Below are positions 1 through 13,670 of a stretch of 64,000 nucleotides of DNA, one piece after another. The position numbers were made by a program, and so were the translations under genes. Every line of letters starts with the position of its first letter. The first letter of the stretch is position 1. Under the pieces are notes generated by a model. The model made no database searches. It was not told where the DNA came from and worked only from the letters and a program-made list of their open reading frames with translations. Where the stretch lies: the NCBI RefSeq assembly GCF_009914755.1, contig NC_060937.1; one strand, written 5' to 3'. This DNA is from the human T2T-CHM13v2.0 reference genome, Homo sapiens.

Positions 1-732
1 AAATTACCTCAGTGCTCACCAATAGAGAACTTACAAATAAATTATGGTACAGCCACATAGTGAAATACTTTTGCAGCCGTTTAAAATACACACACAGCTA
101 CAAGACTACTGTTGTCACATGTTGGTGATAAGCACCAGATTGCTAGTGGTCAGGAAGTATGCCTAGAAGAGAAGTTTTAGACAGAGATTCAATTTATGGC
201 AAAGGAAGGAAAATATTGGGGAGTGGAATGTGCATGGGTGGGGACCTCAGGACTTGTGTGTTACCCCCATATTGGCACCTGCGTTCCCCAGGACCAGGAC
301 AACCTAGAGCTGTGCAGTGTACAACCTACGCAAATGTATATGGTGTCTCTGCCTACAACCACTGACTCAAAGGTGCCAGAAATCTGCCTCATCCAGCCTT
401 GATCAATTTCATAATCAAAAGCCCAGAACCTGTGTGCCTGAGCCAATCAGCATTGGAAAGGAACAAACAGCAACACTACCCATATTGGGGACCTAAAAAT
501 GCCTTTAAGAATTATACCAGATGGCAAAGCAAAAAGCATGATGTCTGAATCTTCTCTCTCTCTCTCTCTTTTTTTTTTCCAAATTCCAGGGCATAAGAAG
601 CCAATTAACCATTCCAAGCAATATCTAGGTGTAAGTGCAGTGAAAGTTCATAAACTGAACACAGCAACAACAATTAGGACAGATCTGCTGGTCGTCAGTC
701 CTGCCATCCTTAAGTGAGGGACCGATATTTCA

Positions 733-1149
<417 letters not shown>

Positions 1150-1494
1150 TCAACAGCAGACGCTGGGGTCGACAACAGCCGCAGTGTTCTTTGAAGGGGC
1201 AAGGTAGGAAGGATCCTAGAGGCAATAAATATGGCTCCTTGGGGACTTTGTTTTCTTTCTTGCAAAGAGCCAGGTCTATTAAACATCAGCTCTGCAGAGG
1301 GGAGAGCACACTGAGGAAGCAGAACTTACTGCACATCAAGGGAGGAGCCCTTACAAAGTAGCAGGTTGCAGACAATTTGCAAATTCCGGCAAGAGTAAAT
1401 GAAGAACACAGTATTTCACAGCCAGTGAGGGCAGTATGACTTCATGGATAAGAGTGTGCTCCCTTTACAGTGCAATAAAAAAACTGCACTTAAT

Positions 1495-1690
1495 GCCCAA
1501 ATGCCTGAATTGTAATCTTGGCTCTGACGGTACAAGCTGTGTGAATTTGAACAAGTTACTTGCAGTCTCTCATTGTTGACTAGATAATAATGGTACACAT
1601 CTTAGGGTTGTTGCACAGATTTAGTGCGTTAATGTACATAAAATGCTTGCCACAGAGCTTAGCATAAGCATTCAATACATGCTATCATTC
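1495..1690 (+). mobile_element. MIR SINE fragment
   Basis: MIR core-like sequence (AATCTTGGCTCTG...GCTGTGTGAATTTGAACAAGTTACTT) and 3' end (AAGCATTCAATACATG). Confidence 0.7.
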
Positions 1691-2594
1691 CATAGTTAGA
1701 ATGGAATAAAACACAGGTGATTTAAAATATAGGTGATTACGACTACACTTAAAAGATTGACTTTGATTAACCACAAATCAAGAAATTAAGAATTCTCTGT
1801 AAGAACTGCTAATTGTATTAATGCCTGCAATTTGAAATACTTGAGCAAATAGGGTGCGATATTGTGTGTTATTTAACACTTAGGTTAAGCGATCCTGCAG
1901 ATGCTGCTAGCATCTAATCAACCATTCAAAATCTGGTAGACCAACAGTTTAGCTGGCATTCTAAAGAGGGCACCTCCACATCAGAATCGGCCATTTCAAG
2001 CCCTGTTGTTACCATTTCTCCATTTCTTTTGGTCATATATTTTGGTTTAGATCTTGGATACCAAGAAATTCACCAATTTCTTGACATAAAGGAATGAGAA
2101 AACAAAAACTCACTGGAAATGTACCATACGTTATTTGCATTATGCTATGAATATCATTATAAATATGAAAATATAGTTATTGTATAGGACAGGATCATTC
2201 CTTTTTAGTAAATTATTTTTATCTTCACAAAGTGAAATCAAAGAATATCTAACACACTCTAGTAGCTAATAAAAAATCTTTAATATATTATTTTAAAAAT
2301 ATTTTAAAATAAAAATATTACATAAAACATGAAAGATATTAAAATAAAAATATTATTTAAAATATCTTTTAAAAATATTTTAATGATACCAAATAATGCT
2401 CATTGAAAATATTTAAATAATGCAGAAGCATAGCCTAAAAAAGTAAAAGCCTGTTTTTATTCCTAACTTCTAATTTCACTTGTCTCCTTGGAAGTAGTCA
2501 CTATTAACAGTTTGGTGTGTATCCTTCCAAACTTATTATGCATATATAACACACTTGTTATATATGTGGGTTTTGATATCTGTGATATCAGACA

Positions 2595-2913
2595 CCAAGG
2601 GGGATTGGTTCCAGGATCCCCACAGATATCAAAATCCACAGATTCTCAAGTCCCTGATTCAAAGTGGGATAGTATTTGCATTTAACCTACATACATCCTC
2701 CTGTATACCTTAAATCATCACTAAATTACTTATAATACCTAGTACAATGTAAATGCTATGTACACAGTTGTTCTACTGTGTATTGTTGAGGGAATAATGA
2801 CAAGGGAAAGAAGTCTGTACATGTTCAATATAGACACAATTTTTAAAATAACATATTTTTCAATTCCCGGTTGAATCTACAGATTTGGAATCCATGGACA
2901 GAGAGAGCTGACT
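2595..2913 (+). mobile_element. MER2 (TcMar-Tigger) DNA transposon fossil, lying within an old antisense L1M fragment (~2380-3140)
   Basis: GGGGATTGGTTCCAGGA...CTCAAGTCCCTGAT...GGGAATAATGACAAG matches the MER2 consensus as I recall it. Confidence 0.85.
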
Positions 2914-2914
2914 C

Positions 2915-2957
2915 TGTGTGTGTGTGTGTGTGTGTATGTGTGTGTGTGTGTGTGTGT
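2915..2957 (+). repeat. (TG)n microsatellite
   Basis: Directly visible, with one interruption. Confidence 0.97.
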
Positions 2958-5764
2958 ATGACACATATTCATACACATATCTTATGTATGTAAAATATAC
3001 ACATATGTCTATACATACTTGTACATATATACCCATGTTATACACCCATAAGAATTGCTTTTCACTGAAACAGAATCATAATATATGTATTATTCTCAGA
3101 CTTACTCTGTTCATTGGACAATATGTCTTGGAGATTTTCAAATAAACAAATAAGAAAGCTAATAACAAATTAGCTCAGTGGAACCCCAGTGACTGTTTTA
3201 GTCAAAAGTGTGGTTTCAGGGGACCAGACCAAGGAACCAGCACCACTCAGAAGCATGCCTTTTGGGGTGGCTCACCTGTCCCCCTGAAGCTGACAGATTT
3301 GTCCCTCTGTACCTCTCCAATAGCTTTACATCCCGAGCAGTGTGGTAGAAAAGATGGGTGAGTGAACCCGCACAAACTCATAAATGAAAACATTTATTAA
3401 GTAGAATTTAAGTGTCTTACTTCGTGACCAACTGTTCCTTTAGCATATGTGCAGATATCCAGAGCATGCCTGCCTTGTTTTCTACTCCCATTTTAAGCAG
3501 AAAATAAAGCCACTTTCTACTGTTGAATTATTCTTATTTACAGCAATAGAAATGTCAACCTTTCAGATTTGGACACTGAGTTGCTTGGGCACACTGGCAC
3601 CCAGAGCCTACATGAGCAGCAACATGTATTAATCCTCAGGGGTCCTGCAGGCAGGTGTGGGCAGGTGCAGATGTGCATGAGGAGGACTCTGGGACTTTCC
3701 AGTCTCTAGGGTCATGGAGCCTATTTTCAAGTCGCAACTTGAGGTTCTCAGGTTCTCAGGCTACTACATATGCCTCCAACTCAATTTCACTCGCAAGCAT
3801 TCCAGGTAATGTGGAGAACCAAAGAAACTCATGTTTATAGTGTGTTTGAAAAACAATCTCTTCGCAAAACCCTTTCCAGAATTTTACATTCCTAAACAGG
3901 TATGACAATCTGTCATCTAATTTCTGCTATTATTAAATTGCCTTTCTTTTTCTGAGAAAAAAGTTACCTTTCCTTATAAAATGACACATTTTCACCTTTT
4001 TGTTAGCAAGTATTGCTTAAAAAGGAAAGTTTTGTCAAACCATCATGTTTTTAGATCAAGGCAACCTACCCCTTATCTCTGCTACGTTCTTGTTTTGAAG
4101 CAAATCAAGGCAATGTACTTGCTAGTTGAGTTATTGACCCTGATTTTTTGAACTCCCTTTATCCAAAAAGGTTCCGTAAGAAAAATCAGAAAGTACATCT
4201 GTAACATGAGGGCTCTGACAATGAACTGTAACAGTAATGCCAGCTGGGTACATAAAATTCCAATGCTAAGAATTTCATTCCACATCAGGTACAGTTTGAA
4301 AATGTCGGCAATGCCTTATCTCTGTGGACATTTCACTGCACATATAGGATTTCTATGTCAATATTTGTAAAATTCTAAGAGTTATACACTCTGGCTTATA
4401 TTACCCAAAAGGAGAGGGAGAGAAATGGGGGAGAAAAAAAATCTTGTCGGCAAAGAGTCAACCATGCACTGGGGAGTCGTATTGAAAACAGAAAACAAAA
4501 TCATGTAGTACAAAATTAACTATGTTCACAAGAGAGGCTCAGAAAGACATAAGGGATAAACAAAATCTCCATCACATCAGCATCTTTCCTACAAGTCTGA
4601 TGTTCCAGAGAGTCTGCTCTTTGTTTCTGTTGCCAAGGAATGGAACCTACTCTGGCTCTCTCGAGGTAGAGAAAGTATGTGAAGTTCTGGCATTCAACAG
4701 CCGCAGACCAGGGAAAGTCAACAGTGAGGCAGAAAGCATAAACTACCTGCTGGGGCAAGCCAATTTCATGCATTGTGCTCATGGCAAGACAAGATTGGAT
4801 TTGCCTCTTGCAACTGGCACTGCTGTTCTTCAGGATTGATTACCCTAATTCTGTGCTTATCTTGTCCTTTCACCCCAACTGTCTACTAACCTTTTACCTG
4901 TATATCAAAGCTTATACTTTAAATTTTCAATGGTGGTATCTTTAATCCTGGGCAGAGAAATCCAGAAATCCTTGGTATAACACTTAGCACAGGGCCTGCT
5001 TTAATTAAGATGCTAATGGGCATCAACAAGGAAGCTGCAGTATGGAAAGAACAAAGCCCCAGGTCACGTGGCAAGGCAGGCTGATCACTTTCTAAGCTGG
5101 ATTTCTTCCACTATTTTGAAGATTACTTCACCTCTCCCGGCCTCACCCAAATCATATATACACTAGAGTTTTCACTTTCATTCGGGGTTCGCATCACAAG
5201 CGACTGTGCGATGAAATATTCTAAAAATCTAGCATCTCTTTTAAAGTTCACTTTGAAATTTAAGGAGAAAGCAGACTTAAAGAGGATTCTGAAAGTGTAA
5301 TGAGCATCATCTCTTTAAACCTCACAAACAAAAAGCACATTCTTCATTTTTTGGTTTTATATCTGACTGCTTTCTAACAATAACTTTACATGACTGGGTT
5401 GAAATAAACTTAAAAACCAAACTTGGAGGCATACTTATCTAAAAAGTCTAGGAATCCTAAGCTCCTGAGACTGACTTCTCATTTTGCTGCAAAGCGTGGG
5501 TGGCCACAAGCATTCCTGGCAGCTATAAGGCATTTGCTAACGTATTTGACTTTTAAAGTTGTTAATCACACTTATCAACATAGGCAAGCAGCACTGGCCA
5601 CAAAAGATTAGCTGCTCTACTATAATGCTCCCAGTAATCCAAATGCAGGAACATCCGCGCCGAGTGATAAGTGCATCTGCCAGCTCCACAACCTTTCAGT
5701 GACTTCAGAACTTATTAAAGACCTTAGCTTTTAATAAATCCCAGATTTTCTTTTCCATCACCTT

Positions 5765-5801
5765 ACACACAAACACACACATGCAGATACACACACACAT
5801 G

Positions 5802-5841
<40 letters not shown>
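5765..5841 (+). repeat. Imperfect (CA)n microsatellite
   Basis: Directly visible. Confidence 0.97.
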
Positions 5842-5842
<1 letters not shown>

Positions 5843-5999
5843 CCCCTGCAATGGTAGCTAAAACCAAATATTCCCAGTGCTGTGCAGTGTATGAGTTTCT
5901 AAAACAACCAGAATGTGCTTCAAAACACCACAGACATTGTGAGTTTCAAGGGGGCCATCACTGACAAGAGATTCAGATGCTACTGATCTCCTTTCACAG

Positions 6000-6183
6000 G
6001 TGCTCCTGCAAAAAATGTGTACAACCAGCAGGAAAGGACTTGGTTTCCAGGGAAACAGAATCTTGTTTAAGTCCTTTGGAAGCATTAGGTTCTACTGTAG
6101 TTTTTCCCCTTAGACACATAGACTGTTGCTCCTTGCAAAATAATTTATTTAGTGAACAAGAAAATGCTTTGCCCAGCTTAGAG
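6000..6183 (+). other. Candidate plus-strand exon (184 nt)
   Basis: Acceptor TACTGATCTCCTTTCACAG|G and consensus donor GAG|GTAAGT; one frame is open throughout. Confidence 0.3.
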
Positions 6184-6685
6184 GTAAGTGCATCAGAAAA
6201 TTCAGGAATAGAATGAGTACTTGGGGGGGGGGGGTGGGGGGAAATAAGCACCTCTCACTGAGCCTGCTAGTCTCTGACTGGTGGGATCTTGCTTTCACAT
6301 AAGGATTCTTCCTTACAAGACCTGAGGTTTCATCTGCAGACATGTTTCTGCCTTGTTGGAGTCATGCTGAAGGCCCCATCCTTGCAGCTTGGGCTCTGCT
6401 CTGCCCAGCCGGTCTTAACCCTCAAAGGCTAACAAGTGCTTTACTTCTACAAAACAAAGCAAAAACAGTGAAGATCTATCTCCTATTTCAACCTCTGGCA
6501 ACTCTCCAAACAGCATCCCCTCATAACCTATAAACATTCTTTCACTTTGTAATATAGCAAATGACTTATTTTTTACACTGAAAACTTTTTTTACTCTGTT
6601 CTTTTGATTATGATGTAGTTCAGAGTTTGGATCCAGGATGCTCAGACATAATAATGCTCATGATATTCAAGGTCACTTCTATCAC

Positions 6686-6742
6686 CTGGAGATGTGGCTG
6701 CTTCATGGCTTAAATGTGACTGAAGAGTTACTGGAGTGGGGA
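6686..6742 (-). other. Candidate 57-nt minus-strand internal exon
   Basis: Acceptor ATTTCTCTGCTTGTTCTAG| and weak donor CAG|GTGATA. Length is a multiple of 3 and the phase-1 frame is open (PTPVTLQSHLSHEAATSP). Confidence 0.2.
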
Positions 6743-6883
6743 CTAGAACAAGCAGAGAAATCTCATTTTCTAGGCATCTTAAAAGGAAGGCAGAGTATCA
6801 TTTCCCTGAAGTATTTGAGTGCAGGCCATTTTAAAACCATAGATAGAACAGGAAACTTTTTGTGATCAAAAATATGGTTGGTA

Positions 6884-7837
6884 TCAGAATGGAAGAAAAT
6901 CTTCACAATCTATACATCTGACAAAGGGCTAATATCCAGAATCTACAACAAACTCAAACAAGTTAGCAAGAAAAAATAAACAATCCCACCAAAAAGTGGG
7001 CTAAAGACATGAATAGACAATTCTCAAAAGAAGATATACAAATGGCCAACAAACGTATACAAAAATGCTCAACATCACTAATGATCAGGGAATGCAAATC
7101 TTAAAACCACAACGTGATTCCACCTTACTCTTGCAAGAATGGCCATAATAAAAAAAATAAAAAATAAATAGATGTTGGCGTGGATGCGATGAAAAGGGAA
7201 CACTTTTATGCTGCTGGTGGGAATGTAAACTAATACAACCACTCTGGAAAACAGTGTGGAGATTCTTTAAAGAACTAAAAGTAGAACTGCCATTTGACCC
7301 AGCAATCTCACTACTGGGTATCTACTGAGAGGAAAAGAAGTCATTATACGAAAAAGATACTTGCATATGCATGTTTATAGCAGCAAAATTCGCAATTGCA
7401 AAAATGTGGAACCAACCCAAATGCCCATCAATCAATGAGTGGATAAAGAAACTGTGGTATATATATACGATAGAATACTACTCATCCATAAAACGAATGA
7501 ATTAATGGCATTCACAGCAACCTGGGTGGGATTAGAGACTATTAATCTAAGTGAAGTAACTCAGGAATGGAAAACCAAACATCATATATTCTTACTTATA
7601 AGTGGGAGCTGAGCTATGAGGATGCAAAGGCATAAGAATGACACAATGGACTTTGGGGACTCTGGGGGAAAGGGTGGGAAGGAGGTGAGGGATAAAAGAC
7701 TGCAAATTGGGTTTAGTGTATACTGCTAGGGTGACAGGTGCACCAAAATCTCACAAATCACCACTAAGGAACTTGCTCATGTAACCAAACACCGCCTATT
7801 CTCCAAAAATCTATGGCAATAAAAAATTTAAATAAAT
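6884..7837 (+). mobile_element. 5'-truncated L1 (L1PB1-like): ORF2 end plus 3' UTR
   Basis: L1PB-type 3' UTR (GAGCTATGAGGATGCAAAGGCATAAGAATGA...) and A-rich tail; 12-bp TSD ATATGGTTGGTA at 6872-6883 and 7838-7849. Confidence 0.93.
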
Positions 7838-7862
7838 ATATGGTTGGTAACATTTGACCATA

Positions 7863-8296
7863 TGTATAGGAGAGGCACCTGACAACCATAACTGAAGCAT
7901 GCCCTGAGAATGACCGCATTGTCTAAGAAGAATGTGTGTTTGGAGTCCCAAGCTAAGGAATCTGAGAGTGGCCAACCTGGAGTTTCACTTCTTATCCATG
8001 AGGGACATTCGAATCCCTGGCCCATCCCTTGGAACACAGGCCATACAGGGAATCAAGGCCTTTAGTTTTGGGTTAAATGGAGGTTGCCAGGTGGAGGGTG
8101 CTAAGTAAAAATGCTATATAACTGCATGCTTTTTATAAACAGTAGTGGTCTTCCTGTGTAGTCTGCTATCACTGGACTGCCCCATATGTAAGTCCCCCCA
8201 ATAAACCCTATGTCTCGTTGGCTGGCTTCAGGTCTCTTCTTTGGCCTCTGGACATGGTACTATCCCTGCTGGAGTCAATAGGGATCTGGCATGACA
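7863..8296 (+). mobile_element. Solo LTR, LTR47-like (ERVL)
   Basis: TG...CA termini, internal TATA-like box and AATAAA; perfect 5-bp TSD CCATA at 7858-7862 and 8297-8301. Confidence 0.85.
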
Positions 8297-9213
8297 CCAT
8301 ATGACACCTATCATAGCCCACAGGACATGAAATTTGAAAGACATTTCTACTCTTGCAGCTCATTGTTTTTGATGGCATGTGCCAACTAAGTACTGACATG
8401 CCACTTGGGGATGAGTGAGGAGGCTGCCCCACCCTTGTGACTCCATGGTGTGAGCACCTCCTGCCTCCTGCCTTTCACCTCCACTGCTTGGCCTCTTCAA
8501 AACCCTCTCCATCCAACCTGCTCCTGTCAAATATGTCTCTTGTCAGACTGAGCAATGTCAGACTGAGAGCATTTATTTCATGGGCAGGAAGCCAGAGTGG
8601 CTGCTGTGATGTCTGACTGCACGTGTGGTGCAAGCACACAGGGGAAGGGGGCCTTAGATTTTCTCAGGTCAAGGAGGACCATGCGGCCTGGCCTTCTCCA
8701 CTTAGCGCTGCATGAGCTCACTGGGCTGGCATCAGAAAGCCCTTCCAAAACAGGAAGATACAAGATAAAACCTCCAAGAGAGCAAGGGAGGAGAGTGATG
8801 CTCCCTCTGGGAAGAATGCACCAAGCCAGAAATAAACACCTTCATGAAAAATATTTTAAAAGTTAAGCTCAAAATTGTTTTTTAAATGCAGCTTTACTGA
8901 AAAAACTATAAGCTCAGAGTCTCTGCTGGGGCAAGGATAAACAAAGCACGGTTCTTTCCAACAGGAAGCCCTCAGTCTAGCAGGACAGGTAAATCAGGCG
9001 AGTGATTTATTTTAAAAGAGAAAGACAAGGGAAATGAACATTTACTGAGTGTCTACTTCATGGCAAAGCTTGGAGCAGACTATATTACACACACATACAC
9101 ACACACACACAAATTCACACACATCTCATTTTATTCCACTTTACAGAGGAGAAAACAAAAGCTCATAGATTTCAATGGTGTCAAAAGTTACACGGAAGTA
9201 GCCAACTTTTTAC

Positions 9214-9653
9214 TGTATGGCAAACATACCTGCTAGCAACAGCTTAGCTTGAGCAACACCCTGAGAGTTACCCTATGGTTTAAGAGGAATGCGTGTTCAG
9301 AGTTCCAAGCTAAGGAATCCAGGAGTGGCCAACCAGAGATTCATTCCTTATCTATGAGGAACATCTGAGCCCACGGCCTGTCCCATGGAATGTGGGCTGT
9401 CCTGGGGAGTCAGACCCTTTGTTTTGGGTTAAGTGAAGGTTTCCAGGTGAAGGGTAAGTGAAAATGGTACATAAATTGCATGCTTTCTGAAGGTGGTCTC
9501 CGTGCTCCTGTCCAGCCTGCCACCACTGGAACACTCTGCATGTAAGTTCTTCTCAATAAACCCTATGTCTCATTTGCTGACTCTTGAGTCTCTCCTTCAG
9601 CCTCTTGAACCTGGTGCCATCTCTACTGAAGTGAATAGGGGTCTGGTACGACA
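9214..9653 (+). mobile_element. Second solo LTR47-like element, inserted in a MIR
   Basis: Homologous along its length to 7863-8296 (CCAAGCTAAGGAATC..., CAATAAACCCTATGTCTC); TG...CA ends; MIR-like sequence on both sides. Confidence 0.85.
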
Positions 9654-10320
9654 ATATTCAAATCTAGTTCTCACTCCAAAGCATGTAATTCCAAAGCCCA
9701 CACTATTCCTACATTATGATGCCTATTTCACTTCATTTGTCTGACTCATAGGAACCTGTTTAACCTCCTTGTTAAATAGAACATTATAAGAAATGCTGCC
9801 ATACCTTAACACAGCAGAGTACTATATAAATTCAGATGGCATTATTGTAACATATCTTTCATTCAGTTGTCTGTGAAGAACAGATAGTAGTTTATATATT
9901 TGTGAAACTCAGCATTAAGATTTTGATATTAAAAAGACAGGGAAGGATACTCTGTGATAAATACGAATTAGGTCACATCATTCTATGCTTGGTTATGCTG
10001 AACAACACGGCACTGAAAAAACAGAGAATACCTGTAAGATTATTTCTTCTAAAGGAGAACCTAAAGGTAAACCTAGAACTTGGATGACTCTACAAATAAG
10101 GGCCCTGGAAATCTACAGGGCGTCTTCCCTTTCTAATTTTAAAAATATAACAATCGTGTTTACTATATCTATTGTGAAATACAATTACAGGGTACTATGT
10201 AAGATGCTAAGGGGTGGATAAATCTCAGAATAAATAAATAAAAGTAACTTTCCATGGACTGAGGGAGACGGTCACCATGCAGTACGCCACAGTTCCAGGG
10301 CATGACTGTAGAGCAGGGAA

Positions 10321-10523
10321 AAGTACTGCAAAGACACCAATCTTTCTTTGATGTGTGTCCCTTTCTTCCCTTTGAGTTGGGTTCCTGCTGATCCTGAGGG
10401 AACCCCTCTTGCTGCTCCTCTGCTTGACCATCTCAGCGCCTCCTTAGAGCTCCAGCTGACTCTCATCCTGCTCCCCCATGCAGGGCTGGTTACATGATTT
10501 GTGGATCCCAGTGCAAAATGAAA
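10321..10523 (+). repeat. Copy 1 of a ~205-bp local duplication (paralogue at 12571-12775), ending in the 5' ~40 bp of MER45A
   Basis: Near-ungapped alignment at an offset of ~2250 nt, with identical blocks TGAGTTGGGTTCCTGCTGATC and TTGTGGATCCCAGTGCAAAATGAAA. Confidence 0.9.
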
Positions 10524-10541
10524 CAAGTATAAAAATAGGTC

Positions 10542-10642
10542 GGATGCAGGAGGTGGAGCTTGCAGTGAGCTGAGATTGCACCACTGCACTCCAGCCTGGG
10601 CGACAGAGTGAGACTCCTTCTCAAAAAAAAAAAAAAAAAAAA
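10542..10642 (+). mobile_element. 5'-truncated AluY-like right-arm fragment
   Basis: GGAGCTTGCAGTGAGC (Y diagnostic), clean poly(A), TSD AAAAATAGGTC at 10531-10541 and 10643-10653. Confidence 0.88.
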
Positions 10643-10649
10643 AAAAATA

Positions 10650-10959
10650 GGTCAGGTGCAGTGGCTCACAGCTGTAATCCTAACACTTTGGGATGCAGAG
10701 GCGGGAGGATCACTTGAGGCCAGGAGTTTGAGTCCAGCATGGATAACATAGCAAGACCCCTGGGCACGGTGGTGCATGCCTGTAGTCCTAGCTACTTGGG
10801 AGGCCAAGGCAGGAGGATCTTGAGCCCAGGAGTTCAAGGTTGCAGTGAGCTATGATCACGCCACTGTACTCCACCATGGGCGACAAAGCAAAATCCTGTC
10901 TCTAAAAACAAACAAAAAAAAAAAAAAAAAAGAAAGAAAGAAAGAAGAAAAGAGAAGAA
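10650..10959 (+). mobile_element. AluJ-like element lacking its central A-rich linker
   Basis: Both arms present, joined directly (GACCCC|TGGGCACGG); TSD AAGTATAAAAATA at 10525-10537 and 10960-10972. Confidence 0.92.
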
Positions 10960-11511
10960 AAGTATAAAAATAGACAACTGCAGATTCCAGACTGAAATAC
11001 TGATGGGTAGAGGAACGCTTTTCCATGATATACCCACAGCACCTTATCAAAAAGTTACAATCAGACGCCTGTTCCTGCTTTAACTTTTTTCTTCCACAGC
11101 ACATTTCACCTTCACACTGGTTGCTCACTTTTTGGCTTTAATGCCTGTCTTTTCCTGGATTAAAAACTTGATGAGGCAGGGATGTTTTTCTGTTTTGGAC
11201 ATTGATATATCTTCAGTGGGTAGAGCACTGCTGGCACATAATAGGCATTCAAATATAAAACACCTGAATCATACAAATGGAGAACACATGTGAAAACTAG
11301 CTGATATAGCAAACTGAATGGCTAGAAAACTTTACACAATAATAAGGGAATGAATTTCCTCAGGGTCATGAAACACATTGATCTGAAATTCATGGAAATA
11401 ACTCTAATTATTTATTATTTTAGATTCTAGAGAATGAGTATCAGCTGGTTGTAGACAATGAATATTAGCTATAAGGGTGAAGATGATCCCTTATAAAAAT
11501 GACTGCATTTA

Positions 11512-11827
<316 letters not shown>

Positions 11828-12185
11828 TTAATATTTGATATCTCTAGAAAACAGATGACTGAAAGTCATCCAGGTTCTGATTCTAATGGATTACACTATG
11901 TCATTAATTGTTTCCATAATTCAGAACAACAAAAGAATAGCATTTTTATATTAACAGAAAATGTTTGCCTTCTATAAAATGAATGGAGGGATACAAAGTT
12001 ATAGAGAACTGCAAGAACAGATGAGAGATTTACTGAATATCGTTGGAGCAGTTAGAGGAGTTCACAATAGTCCTTACATTCATTACAATAGTTAACTTAC
12101 CCCCATATCCATATAGATAAGCCCTGGAAGAGTATTCAGTAGTAGATGGACTACTGAAATGAAAACACTCGTCATCAACTTAAAA

Positions 12186-12525
12186 AAAAATTGTGGTGAA
12201 ATAAACCTAACAAAAATTGTACCATGTTAACAATTTTAAAGTGTACATTTCAGTAGCATTAAATATATATTTATGCAACCAATCTCCAGAACTTTTTCAT
12301 CTTGCAAAACTGAAACTGTATCCACTGAACAACAACTCCCCCTTTCCCTATTCGCCAGCCCCTGGAAACCACTGTTGGATTTTCTGTCTCTGTAAGTTTG
12401 ACTTCTCCAGGTGCCTCATGTAAGTGTTTGTCCATTTGTGATTGGCTTATTTCACTTAGTATAATGTCCTCAAGCTTCACCCATGTTGTAGCACGGTAAA
12501 CATTTCCTTGCTTTTTAAGGCAGAC
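12186..12525 (-). mobile_element. L1MB-type 3' UTR fragment
   Basis: Antisense L1M 3' end (TTTTCATCTTGCAAAACTGAAACT...GGCTTATTTCACTTAG). Confidence 0.85.
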
Positions 12526-12732
12526 TAACATCATCATAAACTTTTGCAACTTATGAGAACTGCAAACTGACAGTAGCGCAAAAGCATCAGTCTTACTTTG
12601 ACATGCATCCCCCTCTTCCCTCTGAGTTGGGTTCCTGCTGATCATCTGAGTGGATCCCTCCTCCTGTTCCTCTGTTCGGCCAACTCAGCTCCTCCTTGGG
12701 TCTCCAGCTAACTCTCGTCCCATTCCTCCATG

Positions 12733-13670
<938 letters not shown>

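Larger units (their letters stand above)
3375..6446 (-). other. Candidate ~3-kb terminal exon / 3' UTR of an unidentified minus-strand transcript
   Basis: Strong minus-strand acceptor TGTTTTTGCTTTGTTTTGTAG| at 6447/6446. AATAAA at 3398-3393 is followed by a GU-rich tract. No recognisable transposon lies between them. Confidence 0.3.

Noticed and set aside
5175-5216. Small hairpin (TCGCA...TGCGA) as a miRNA or ncRNA
   Set aside because: The stem is too short and imperfect for a pre-miRNA and matches no family I recognise.
7863-9653. Intact provirus between the two LTR47s
   Set aside because: The first LTR has its own TSD, and the spacer is short with no primer-binding site or gag/pol similarity that I can see.
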